DNA of 64,000 bases, taken from Clostridia bacterium (GTDB lineage: Bacteria; Bacillota; Clostridia; Saccharofermentanales; UBA5734). The notes below the pieces were generated by a model. That model had not been told where the DNA came from. It was given only the letters and a program-made list of their open reading frames with translations, and did not search any database. The translations under genes were made by a program, and so were the position numbers. Shown here piece after piece: positions 18,367 through 26,742 of this stretch. Location: NCBI GenBank assembly GCA_009928985.1, contig SABL01000001.1:3023-67022 (forward strand), read 5' to 3'. How positions within the stretch are numbered: the first letter of the stretch is position 1; every line of letters begins with the position of its first letter.

Positions 18367-19614
18367 TTATTTTTTCTCGACGAGGACTTTCTTGAGCTTG
18401 GCGAAGCGGGGCAGGCCATCTTCGATCGCAATCTTGGACTCGCCCTGGATCAAAGGCAGAGCGTATTCAATGAATTTCTCATTGACGAAGTTGCCTTCAT
18501 CATTGATCCATTCCTTCGGTACGACTTTTTCAGTGTTGGCGACATCATTGAGAGGGATCAGCTTGATCTCACACTTGTATTCACCCTGCTCAGGACGCTG
18601 GAAACCAACCATGAAGTCGGTCATGCCGTCTACGGCGATACGGACAGCGGTCTGGCCAGAGAGGAAGGATTCCTCGACGTCAGACTTGGAGGCCAGGTGA
18701 GCGGCGCAGCGCTGCATCAGGGACAATTCGATGCCACGGACCTTGCAGCCCATCTTTTCCTTGAGATAGTTGGCGAGCACAGCAGCGGTGCCGCCCATCT
18801 GCTTGTGGCCGAACGCATCGACGGAGACTTCGCCTACCAGTTCGGGAATATACTTGCCTTCCTTGGTTTTAACACCTTCGGAGACGCAGACGATGACTTT
18901 CTTTTCTTTCTCGTAGACTTTCTTGACGTCGGCGAGCATTTGATCGAGATCAAAATCGACTTCCGGCAGGTAGATCAAATCTGGACCGCTACCCTTGTGA
19001 GCAGCCAGAGCGGAAGCGGCAGTCAGCCAGCCGGCATTGCGGCCCATGATTTCGATGACTGTGATCATGCCAGTGTCATAGACGCGGGCGTCGAGGTAGA
19101 CTTCCATGACCGTGGTGGCGATATACTTGGCTGCAGAAGCAAAGCCCGGGCAGTGGTCGGTGCCGAACAAGTCATTGTCGATGGTCTTGGGGACGCCGAT
19201 GACGCGGCATTCATAGCCGGACTTGGCGATGAACTTGGAGATCTTATTGCAAGTGTCCATCGAGTCATTGCCGCCGTTGTAGAAGAAGTAGCGGATGTTG
19301 TATTTCTTGAAGACCTCGAGGATACGTTTATAGTCGGTGTCGTCGACTTCCGGTTTGGCCAGTTTGTAGCGGCAGGAGCCGAGGGCAGAGGAGGGTGTGG
19401 TCTTCAGCAGTTCAAGCTCAGCCGGATCCTCCTGGCCGATGTCATAGAATTTCTCGTTCAGGATGCCAACGATGCCATTGGCTGCACCGTAGACCTTCTC
19501 AATCACACCGGTCTGTTTAAGGGCTTCTGTGAAGACGCCAGCAGCACTGGCGTTGATGACCGAAGTCGGGCCGCCGGACTGACCAAAAATCGCATTGCCA
19601 ATCAGTTTGCTCAT
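18367..19614 (-). CDS. pfp: 6-phosphofructokinase, predicted pyrophosphate-dependent
   Basis: PFK fold (GGPTSVIN, PKTIDNDL, MGR). GGNDS places Asp where E. coli has Gly104, and PKTIDND places Lys where E. coli has Gly124. Both residues are reported signatures of PPi-dependent enzymes. Confidence 0.85.
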   Translation of the reverse strand: MSKLIGNAIFGQSGGPTSVINASAAGVFTEALKQTGVIEKVYGAANGIVGILNEKFYDIGQEDPAELELLKTTPSSALGSCRYKLAKPEVDDTDYKRILEVFKKYNIRYFFYNGGNDSMDTCNKISKFIAKSGYECRVIGVPKTIDNDLFGTDHCPGFASAAKYIATTVMEVYLDARVYDTGMITVIEIMGRNAGWLTAASALAAHKGSGPDLIYLPEVDFDLDQMLADVKKVYEKEKKVIVCVSEGVKTKEGKYIPELVGEVSVDAFGHKQMGGTAAVLANYLKEKMGCKVRGIELSLMQRCAAHLASKSDVEESFLSGQTAVRIAVDGMTDFMVGFQRPEQGEYKCEIKLIPLNDVANTEKVVPKEWINDEGNFVNEKFIEYALPLIQGESKIAIEDGLPRFAKLKKVLVEKK

Positions 19615-19732
19615 GAAAAATCCTCCTGTAATTCCCGGATTCCATCCGGAACATCAAATACCGAACCTATCTTACCATGCAACGAAAAGTGGGACAAGAC
19701 AAACGTTCAAACCTTGTTGAGATTCAAACGGC

Positions 19733-20317
19733 TCAGAGAGACTTTGGTGCCATGTATTCATTGTGCAGAAGTCCATAGACCAGCATGTCGCGAAATTCGC
19801 CGGACCGGCGGACATGCTGGCGCAGAACACCTTCCTGGACAAAGCCCAGCCTGGTGAAAAGGCGGACAGATGGGTCGTTGCCACTGATGATCCGGCACCA
19901 GATCCGCTGCAGGTTGAGTTCGCCAAAAGCAAAGTCCAGGAGCAATGCGAGTGCCTCGCTGGCAAATCCCTGGCCGCGCTGCAACTTGCTTGTGATGGCA
20001 ATGCCGATCTCGGCATGGCTATTCGGGAAATCGAGGCCATCCAGATTGACCAATCCGCAAATCTGGCCTTCGTGCCGGATGGCAAAAACGAAATTGCTCT
20101 GGCCATCGTTCCAGTCTGAAAGCAGAAGATCCAGCTGTTCCAGATTGAACGGACGGACAGTGGTCGGCAAATAATATCGCAAGGTCGAAACATCCTGGAA
20201 AAAAGGCAACAGGGTAGCCAGATCCTCTTTGTTGTAGGCAGTTAATGTCAGCCGAGGTCCGTTCAGCGGCAGCTTTTCTACGACCGGCAGCGGATGGCTG
20301 GAGAAAAATTCAGTCAT
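19733..20317 (-). CDS. GNAT family N-acetyltransferase (RimJ/RimL-like)
   Basis: Acetyl-CoA binding pattern LQRGQGFASEAL. The start is trimmed from the ORF-track start (20467) to the ATG at 20317, which follows GGAGG, because the longer ORF runs through the divergent tRNA promoter. Confidence 0.7.
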   Translation of the reverse strand: MTEFFSSHPLPVVEKLPLNGPRLTLTAYNKEDLATLLPFFQDVSTLRYYLPTTVRPFNLEQLDLLLSDWNDGQSNFVFAIRHEGQICGLVNLDGLDFPNSHAEIGIAITSKLQRGQGFASEALALLLDFAFGELNLQRIWCRIISGNDPSVRLFTRLGFVQEGVLRQHVRRSGEFRDMLVYGLLHNEYMAPKSL

Positions 20318-20435
20318 GGTCAGACCTCCAGGGTTTTTAATCAACAAGCTCAGGTGGTTCCAGCTCCCAGTATAGCAGAAACAGAAAACCAGAAATTTTT
20401 CAAATAACCCAACAATATTATTTTTGAAGGATCGC

Positions 20436-20464
20436 TTGACAAGCCTTTGTGCGATCCTTATAAT
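20436..20464 (+). promoter_or_regulatory. consensus sigma-A promoter for the tRNA-His/Gln/Lys cluster
   Basis: TTGACA, 17 nt spacer, TATAAT. Confidence 0.7.
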
Positions 20465-20495
20465 CACTTCGTGCCACGGCAGCCGGGATCTACGT

Positions 20496-20573
20496 GGTGG
20501 GATTAGCTCAGTTGGTTAGAGTGCCAGATTGTGGCTCTGGAGGTCGTGGGTTCGATTCCCATATCCCACCCCA
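20496..20573 (+). tRNA. tRNA-His (anticodon GTG) with encoded G-1 and CCA
   Basis: An extra 5' G lies opposite discriminator C. Anticodon loop TTGTGGC, T-loop TTCGATT. Confidence 0.95.
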
Positions 20574-20625
20574 TTCATCTCCCGATCGGGGCCGCCAGGC
20601 ACCTGTGACCGATCATGCCGACCGG

Positions 20626-20700
20626 TGGGGTGTCGCCAAGCGGTAAGGCACGGGACTTTGACTCCCGCATGCGTAGGTTCAAATCCTGCCACCCCAGCCA
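20626..20700 (+). tRNA. tRNA-Gln (anticodon TTG), CCA encoded
   Basis: Acceptor TGGGGTG/CACCCCA and anticodon loop CTTTGAC. Confidence 0.95.
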
Positions 20701-20702
20701 AT

Positions 20703-20778
20703 GATCCGCTAGCTCAGTCGGTAGAGCACCTGACTTTTAATCAGGGGGTCCGGAGTTCGAGCCTCCGGCGGATCACCA
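20703..20778 (+). tRNA. tRNA-Lys (anticodon TTT), CCA encoded
   Basis: Acceptor GATCCGC/GCGGATC and anticodon loop CTTTTAA. Lies 2 nt after tRNA-Gln. Confidence 0.95.
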
Positions 20779-20783
20779 AGAGA

Positions 20784-20817
20784 AAGCCTACAGCCTCAGC
20801 GGTTGTAGGCTTTTTTC
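20784..20817. terminator. terminator hairpin shared by the tRNA cluster (+) and aldH (-)
   Basis: An 8 bp stem AGCCTACA/TGTAGGCT followed by TTTTTT on the plus strand. It lies 11 nt past the aldH stop on the other strand. Confidence 0.7.
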
Positions 20818-20827
20818 ATTTTTCACT

Positions 20828-22219
20828 TTAGCGCCTTAAGTATCGGACAAAATGGCGGTAAACCGTGAGGGCGTCTGCTCCATAGGGCGGGAACTGTTGC
20901 TTTAGTTCAAAATTCCCAGCATTTTTGAACATGGTTTTTTCATAGGTGAAGGTGAGGAGGCTGGCAAGGCCATGGTAGCGCCCGTGCCCGCTGCTGCCAA
21001 GGCCGCCAAATGCCAGGCGGCTGCTGGCAGCCTGATAGATGAACTGGTTGTGGGCAAATGAACCGGTTCGAATATCCCGGGACAACCTTTGGGCAAACTG
21101 GTTATCCTGGCTGAGGCAGTAGACCGTCAGAGGTTGTGGCCGGGCTGACAACAGCTCGCGCAGGTGGGTTTCGTCGCGATAAGTCTGGATGGGCAGGATC
21201 GGACCGAAAATTTCTTCTGTGGCCAACGGAGCGTTTGTTGCGAGACCTGTTATCAGGGTCGGAGCGAAATAGAGTGTTGTGCGGTTGTGCTGACCTCCTG
21301 ACAATAACCGAGGTGTTGCTGCTTGATGATCTCCAGTTTGACCTGTACAAGCCAGACTTGATTCCAGCATCTGGACGAGGCGGTCGAAATGACGATCATG
21401 TCCGATCCGGCCATAATCCGGGCTTTGCGCGGGATCAGTACCATAAAAGGTATTCAAATGGTTTATCAGATGGCCTGCTAGTGTTTCCATGTCTTTTTCA
21501 GGCACCAGAACATCATCAGGAGCGATGCAGGTCTGACCACAATTGATGAATTTCGCCCAGACCAGTCGGCGGACCAGGGCTGGTGTGACACCGCCTGGCC
21601 CGATGATCACGGGATTTTTGCCCCCCAGTTCGAGGACATGAGGAATCAGGCGGGGTGAGAGCGTTTCAGACACGATCTGGCCGACCTTCCCACTGCCAGT
21701 GAAAAAGACAAAATCCCAGGACTCCTGGAGCAATGCCTGGGCAACCTTGGCATCGCCGGTGACGATTTTCAGACACGGCTCTTCAAGCCCCGGGTGACCG
21801 GGGAAATAGCGGGGAACGAGTTTCTCGAGCAACCTGGTGGTCGCGGGTGCCAGCTCAGATGGCTTGAGAACGCAGGTGTTACCGGCCAGCAAGGCCCCGG
21901 CCACAGGCAAAAGGGAGAGTAGGAACGGGTAGTTCCAGGGACTGATGACCAATACCCGTCCAAAAGGTTCTCTGCTGATAACAGCCTGGTTCTGGAACCA
22001 GAGGCCTAGTCCCCAGATCTTGACAGGTTTGAGAACTTGATGTCCCTGGCGCAGGAGAAACTGGATTTCATCCAGAACCAGGCTGATTTCTGCAGCGTAG
22101 GCTTCAACCAGTGGCTTGCCTGAGTCTTGCTGCAACGCTGCAAGAAAGTCTGGTTCGTGATCCTTGATCATTTGCCGCAGTTGAAGCAGTGCCGTGCGGC
22201 CAGCAAGCCTTTCAGCCAT
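20828..22219 (-). CDS. aldH: class-3-like aldehyde dehydrogenase; from context, 4,4'-diaponeurosporen-aldehyde dehydrogenase
   Basis: ALDH motifs ELGGKNP and catalytic Cys FINCGQTCIAPD. The start overlaps the crtP stop by 8 nt. Confidence 0.75.
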   Translation of the reverse strand: MAERLAGRTALLQLRQMIKDHEPDFLAALQQDSGKPLVEAYAAEISLVLDEIQFLLRQGHQVLKPVKIWGLGLWFQNQAVISREPFGRVLVISPWNYPFLLSLLPVAGALLAGNTCVLKPSELAPATTRLLEKLVPRYFPGHPGLEEPCLKIVTGDAKVAQALLQESWDFVFFTGSGKVGQIVSETLSPRLIPHVLELGGKNPVIIGPGGVTPALVRRLVWAKFINCGQTCIAPDDVLVPEKDMETLAGHLINHLNTFYGTDPAQSPDYGRIGHDRHFDRLVQMLESSLACTGQTGDHQAATPRLLSGGQHNRTTLYFAPTLITGLATNAPLATEEIFGPILPIQTYRDETHLRELLSARPQPLTVYCLSQDNQFAQRLSRDIRTGSFAHNQFIYQAASSRLAFGGLGSSGHGRYHGLASLLTFTYEKTMFKNAGNFELKQQFPPYGADALTVYRHFVRYLRR

Positions 22220-23705
22220 GGCTTTCCCGGTCCAGAATCAGATAGGCGGTCTGCTGGCCGCTCAGAGTGACCATCGGCATGCCACCGCCGGGATTGACCG
22301 TTCCACCGGCAAAATAGAGGTTGTCATACTGGGTGCTGTGCTTGGGGTGCTTGAACCCATGATTGGCCTTGCGGTCTGATACCACGCCATAAATGGCTCC
22401 CCGGTCAGAATAATACATGTTCTCCAGATCGACAGGTGTCCAGAAATCTTCAGTGACAATGTGCTGGCGCAAATCGGACAGACCCATGCGCTCCAGCTTG
22501 TCGAGCACACGCTCTTTTAGGGCCAGATACGCTTCGCGGGTGGCTGGATTTTTCTGGATATAGGGAATATGAGGCAAAATCTTGAGATTTTCATGACCGG
22601 GCAGTGCCTGGTCCGGATCGGTCTTGTTGACGTTGACGACGTAAAGCGTCGGATCATCCGGCAGTTCATGGCGATTGAAGACTTTGTCAAAATGCTGCTG
22701 CGGGTTCCCGGAAAAGAAGAAGTTGTGATGGGCCAGCTGAGGGTATTGTCGATTGACACCGATATGAAGAACTAGACCGGAGCAGGCGGGTTCAAACTTG
22801 AGCAAAGCAGACATTTTGTGGTCGGACCAGCCCAGCAGCCGTTTGTATGCGGGAATGACTTCCATGTTGGAGATAAAATAATCGGCCGTTTGTCGGGATC
22901 CGTCGGCCAGGATGGCCGCTGTGATGCGCTCATCGCCGGCGGTTTCCAGCTGGACAACCTCATTGGACGTGTGTATTTCGACGCCGATTTCTTCGGCCAG
23001 GCGAACAAGGCCGAGGGCAATCTTGTTCATACCGCCTGGCACATACCATTCACCGAGCTGGTGCTGCATGTGGATCATCATATTGAGAACCGCTGGAGCA
23101 TTGTAGGGGGATGAGCCGACATATTTGATGAAATAGGCGAGCATGTCACGCAGGTTCTGGTTGCTGATGCGTTTCTGGATCGCTCCATACATGGTCGAAA
23201 AATAATCGAAGCCGTTCATGGACTTGAAAAATCCATGACGGGCAAAGACATCCCGGATGGTATCCAGTCCGGTGCGGCTGAAGTAGCCTTCTGTCGTGAT
23301 GTCATCCAAGCCTTTGGCGTAATCGAGGAAATTTTTGTACTGGCGCATGTCGTCAGCCGAGAGGCTTGGGTTTTCCCGGGCCATTTTGTCCAGATCGCCA
23401 TACAGGTCCAGAACGGTACCGTCGGGGAAAAAACTGCGCCACTCGTGTTCCAGCCTGACGATCGGGATGTAGTCAGCCATTTGTTTGCCACTCTTGGCAA
23501 ACATGGATTCGAAGATGTGTGGCATGGTCAGGATCGACGGCCCAAGGTCAAATCGAAAGCCATCCTGTTCTTTCAAATTCAATTTGCCACCGATGTGCTG
23601 GTTTTTCTCGTACAGGCGAACCGAAAATCCGTTTTGGGCCAGGGTTATGGCGCTGGAGACGCCACCTAACCCACCGCCGATGACAATTGCTGATGTTTGT
23701 GCCAT
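22212..23705 (-). CDS. crtP: CrtP-like FAD-dependent carotenoid oxygenase (phytoene desaturase family)
   Basis: Dinucleotide fold IVIGGGLGGVSSA. Long stretches match S. aureus CrtP as I remember it (FDLGPSILTMP, YFIKYVGSSPYNAPAVL, YPQLAHHNFFF, NPGGGMPMVTLSGQQ). Confidence 0.75.
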   Translation of the reverse strand: MAQTSAIVIGGGLGGVSSAITLAQNGFSVRLYEKNQHIGGKLNLKEQDGFRFDLGPSILTMPHIFESMFAKSGKQMADYIPIVRLEHEWRSFFPDGTVLDLYGDLDKMARENPSLSADDMRQYKNFLDYAKGLDDITTEGYFSRTGLDTIRDVFARHGFFKSMNGFDYFSTMYGAIQKRISNQNLRDMLAYFIKYVGSSPYNAPAVLNMMIHMQHQLGEWYVPGGMNKIALGLVRLAEEIGVEIHTSNEVVQLETAGDERITAAILADGSRQTADYFISNMEVIPAYKRLLGWSDHKMSALLKFEPACSGLVLHIGVNRQYPQLAHHNFFFSGNPQQHFDKVFNRHELPDDPTLYVVNVNKTDPDQALPGHENLKILPHIPYIQKNPATREAYLALKERVLDKLERMGLSDLRQHIVTEDFWTPVDLENMYYSDRGAIYGVVSDRKANHGFKHPKHSTQYDNLYFAGGTVNPGGGMPMVTLSGQQTAYLILDRESHG

Positions 23706-23716
23706 GAGAGAACCTC

Positions 23717-24241
23717 CTACTGTCTGTCGATTGTTGCTGGTCGGGTTTTGGATCCAGATGTTCGTTTTTCAATCAAGTGGATGATACGGGGACGATTGTA
23801 GCGTTGGGCAATGATACAGGGGGCATTGGCCATGAGGGCGTATCCGATCATGAACCATCCCACCCAGGCCGGGTTCCAGAGAAAAAACAAGGGTGCTGGC
23901 AACATGGCCAGATAATGGGTCAATTCTGCCCGGCGAGATTCAAGGACAAACCGCGACAATTCTGCTGTATGAGTGGCTTGCAGACGTTTCTTGGCATACC
24001 CGCGTCCAACCAGCTGGGCTCCGTCTGGTAGCCGTTCCTTCCAGGTGCGGACACGAAACACCTGGTGCCAGATCTGGCCTTGGTTCTCCCAGGCCCTGGT
24101 CCGGTAGAGCCAGTGGTCCGAAGCAAACCAGCGGTCTGGCAGATTCAACGTGCATATGACGGCGGCCATATGGAACACAAACCAAGCGGCAAAATCGAGC
24201 AGGATGGTTAGAACCATGGATGGCTCAAACAGACGCAGCAT
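23717..24241 (-). CDS. crtO: glycosyl-4,4'-diaponeurosporenoate acyltransferase
   Basis: Small membrane protein with ESRRAELTHY and YALMANAPCIIAQRYNRPRI. These match the S. aureus CrtO signature ([30 protein letters not shown]). Confidence 0.85.
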   Translation of the reverse strand: MLRLFEPSMVLTILLDFAAWFVFHMAAVICTLNLPDRWFASDHWLYRTRAWENQGQIWHQVFRVRTWKERLPDGAQLVGRGYAKKRLQATHTAELSRFVLESRRAELTHYLAMLPAPLFFLWNPAWVGWFMIGYALMANAPCIIAQRYNRPRIIHLIEKRTSGSKTRPATIDRQ

Positions 24242-24245
24242 GGGA

Positions 24246-25370
24246 TCAGACCTGGATGTTACGGCCCCGCCAGGAGACAGAGCGGCGGATTTTGGTCAGG
24301 TAAAGGGACCAGGTGAACAGGATGGCAAAAAACAGCACATGCAGCGGATAGAAGATCAGGACCACCCAGTGAAAATTCCCGGCTCGCCTGGCCTGGAACA
24401 GGAAAACGGCCAGATATGCCAGAACCACAAGGCTGGCCGATAATAATTCGAGCGGGCTATGGACCATCAAGGACCAGATCAAAGCACCCAGCGTCGAGAA
24501 CCCACCACCAATCCAGAGAATGATCAGGGTCAGGACGAAGGGGTGGGTGGATGAGGAAGCGGTGGCAAAATTCTTGGTCCAGCCTTCAAACAGGTGTCCG
24601 AAACCTTCCGGGTACATCCTGAAAGAAATAACCCCGCGGCCACTCACACACGCCACTGGCAGCTGATGGCTGGCAAATAGATTACCCAGGGCCAGGTCGT
24701 CCAGAACCGCAGCCCGGACAGCCTGGTGTCCACCGGTTGAAAAATAGTCTTCCTGACTGCAGATGAGACAAGGTCCAAACGCACCCGTCCCTTTGATCCG
24801 GTTGCCCAGGATGGAAAACCGGTTCAACCCGGAAAGGACGATGATGTTAAAAATTGCCGAAAAGCTCTCATATCTCTTTTTGACGTGATGGTAGGGCTGA
24901 ACCGAAAGAATGCCCTTTTTACCCTGCTGTGCAAAAGCGGCCACCAGCTCGGTCAAAGCCTCGGGGTGTTCGAGGCGTGTGTCGGCATCGAGAAAGACCA
25001 GGGTAGAACCACGGGCATTTTTGGCTCCAGACCAGCAGGCCCTCGATTTTCCAATCCATCCTGGCTCGACTGGATCAGCCAGGATCACTTTGCAGCCCAG
25101 CGAAGCTGCCAATGGACCGGTGCCATCGGTGGAATGGTCATCGACCACCAGGATTTCCAATGGTTGCGACGTCTGGCTGTTCAAAGACTCGAGTAGGGGC
25201 AAAAGCCGTTTGGATTCGTTATAAGCCGGGATAATAACAGAGACGGCTTTGGTATCTGCCTTTTCGGTGGACTGGTAAGGGCTGGTTCGCTTGATACTGG
25301 GCAATTGCCACAACATGGCCAGGCCACAGAGAACGGATAAGCTATTGATGATCAGGCTGGCAAGCCACAT
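24246..25370 (-). CDS. crtQ: 4,4'-diaponeurosporenoate glycosyltransferase (GT2)
   Basis: GT2 core VSVIIPAYNE..VVDDHSTDGT, plus LSVQPYHHVKKRYESFSAIFN and FRMYPEGFGHLFEGWTKN as in S. aureus CrtQ. AGGAGG precedes the ATG. Confidence 0.85.
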   Translation of the reverse strand: MWLASLIINSLSVLCGLAMLWQLPSIKRTSPYQSTEKADTKAVSVIIPAYNESKRLLPLLESLNSQTSQPLEILVVDDHSTDGTGPLAASLGCKVILADPVEPGWIGKSRACWSGAKNARGSTLVFLDADTRLEHPEALTELVAAFAQQGKKGILSVQPYHHVKKRYESFSAIFNIIVLSGLNRFSILGNRIKGTGAFGPCLICSQEDYFSTGGHQAVRAAVLDDLALGNLFASHQLPVACVSGRGVISFRMYPEGFGHLFEGWTKNFATASSSTHPFVLTLIILWIGGGFSTLGALIWSLMVHSPLELLSASLVVLAYLAVFLFQARRAGNFHWVVLIFYPLHVLFFAILFTWSLYLTKIRRSVSWRGRNIQV

Positions 25371-25522
25371 GGAACCTCCTGTACATGTTCACAAGCTGAC
25401 AAAACATCGAGACTGTCTGGATGGGCAGGATTACGGGCTCTTGATCAGAACTGTTCTCAGTTTAATGATGATTGAGTCTGGATACAAGATGGTGCCCTAA
25501 AATTGACAGGCACTGGCCCGAT

Positions 25523-25551
25523 TTGCCTCCCCGTCAACTTCGTGCTAGCAT
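25523..25551 (+). promoter_or_regulatory. possible promoter for the PHP phosphatase gene
   Basis: TTGCCT, 17 nt spacer, TAGCAT. Confidence 0.3.
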
Positions 25552-25614
25552 CGAGGGCAAGCCATGATCACCCTTCATGCAGATTCTTCAGCCAAAACCA
25601 GGGAGGCTTTCCAT

Positions 25615-26337
25615 ATGATCCGATTTGATTGCCATGTCCATTCCGTTGCCAGCGGTCATGCTTTTGGTACGATGGAGGAGATCGCTGCCTATTGCCGGAC
25701 GTATCACATGGATGGCTTTGCCCTGACAGACCATGGACCAGCCATGCCAGGTTCCGTCAACTGGATCTATTTTTCGGCCATTCGCATGGTGCCGAGAGAC
25801 CTACAGGGTGTCAAGATCCTGCGCGGCATTGAAGCCAATCTGATGGACTTTGAAGGTAAGCTGGACTTGCAGGATTCGCTTTTAGAAAAGCTCGATGTTG
25901 TGATTGTATCGTTTCATGATCTTCTCATCCAGCCCGGAACCCGGCAGGAGCATACCCGAGCCCTGGTCGCTGCCGCCCAGAATCCGTTCGTGGATATCCT
26001 CGGCCATACCGGACGGGGTGGCTACGCGTATGATATCCCGACTGTCCTCAAGGCTTGCCGAGACACAGGGACCATGATTGAGGTCAATCGCTGGACGCTC
26101 AAAGGCGATCCGGAAAATGTGGCTTGTTATGAAATTGCCCGCGGCTGCAAAGAACTGGGTGTTCCGATTGTCATCAACAGCGATGCGCATACGGCGGACC
26201 AGGTTGGCCGGGTCGATGAAGCCTTTGACCTCGTCTGTTCGTTGGGGATTCCCGAAACCTTGATCATCAATCGCACGTATGAAGCGTTTCGGGCTCACCA
26301 GGAAAAACGCAAACCATGGCTCGATTTTTCCCGATGA
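25615..26337 (+). CDS. PHP-domain metal-dependent phosphatase (YcdX-like)
   Basis: Motifs DCHVHSVASGHA and ALTDHGP with downstream His/Asp ligands, ~240 aa. The start is set at the ATG after GGGAGG rather than the ORF-track start at 25564. Confidence 0.75.
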   Translation: MIRFDCHVHSVASGHAFGTMEEIAAYCRTYHMDGFALTDHGPAMPGSVNWIYFSAIRMVPRDLQGVKILRGIEANLMDFEGKLDLQDSLLEKLDVVIVSFHDLLIQPGTRQEHTRALVAAAQNPFVDILGHTGRGGYAYDIPTVLKACRDTGTMIEVNRWTLKGDPENVACYEIARGCKELGVPIVINSDAHTADQVGRVDEAFDLVCSLGIPETLIINRTYEAFRAHQEKRKPWLDFSR

Positions 26338-26351
26338 TCCATCTTTGGGTG

Positions 26352-26380
26352 TGGACAAACCGGATTTGTTGCGGTAAAAT
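26352..26380 (+). promoter_or_regulatory. promoter for tRNA-Gly
   Basis: TGGACA, 17 nt spacer, TAAAAT. Confidence 0.45.
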
Positions 26381-26410
26381 CAACGGGCAGATCGGCGCTG
26401 ACTTATATCT

Positions 26411-26484
<74 letters not shown>

Positions 26485-26497
26485 GCATCGCCGGCAC

Positions 26498-26520
26498 GGC
26501 GGCCACGGGCCGCCATTTTC
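26498..26520 (+). terminator. short GC hairpin terminator after tRNA-Gly
   Basis: GGCGGCC-acg-GGCCGCC followed by ATTTTCTT. The T tract is weak. Confidence 0.5.
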
Positions 26521-26550
26521 TTGCCTTGTCCCGCCCAGGTTTTGTATAAT
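26521..26550 (+). promoter_or_regulatory. promoter for tRNA-Arg
   Basis: TTGCCT, 18 nt spacer, TATAAT, with TG one base upstream of the -10 (extended -10 like). Confidence 0.5.
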
Positions 26551-26573
26551 CAGGGTAGAGACCAGGCAGACAT

Positions 26574-26650
26574 GGGTCTATAGCTCAGTTGGATAGAGCA
26601 ACAGCCTTCTAAGCTGTGGGTCGGAGGTTCGAGTCCTCCTAGGCTCGCCA
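26574..26650 (+). tRNA. tRNA-Arg (anticodon TCT), CCA encoded
   Basis: Acceptor GGGTCTA/TAGGCTC (two G-T pairs) and anticodon loop CTTCTAA. Confidence 0.9.
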
Positions 26651-26688
26651 GGATCGCTCCTTTGACCAAGGGAGCGATCCATTTTTTT
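26651..26688 (+). terminator. rho-independent terminator after tRNA-Arg
   Basis: A perfect 10 bp stem GGATCGCTCC/GGAGCGATCC followed by ATTTTTTT. Confidence 0.85.
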
Positions 26689-26742
26689 GCCCAGATAGCC
26701 TGTGCTATAATGAAGCGATTCTGACATGAAGCAGGAGTATCC

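Noticed and set aside
18697-19857. 386 aa ORF on the plus strand opposite pfp
   Set aside because: It is antisense to a clearly identified phosphofructokinase, has a low-complexity D/G/A/V-rich translation, and no Shine-Dalgarno.
20516-20831. ORFs of 61 and 100 aa across the tRNA-His/Gln/Lys cluster, and similar ORFs at 26267..26506, 26550..26756, 62498..62935 and 62705..62890
   Set aside because: They are made of tRNA gene sequence and its terminators. The tRNA cloverleaves account for the conservation-like structure.
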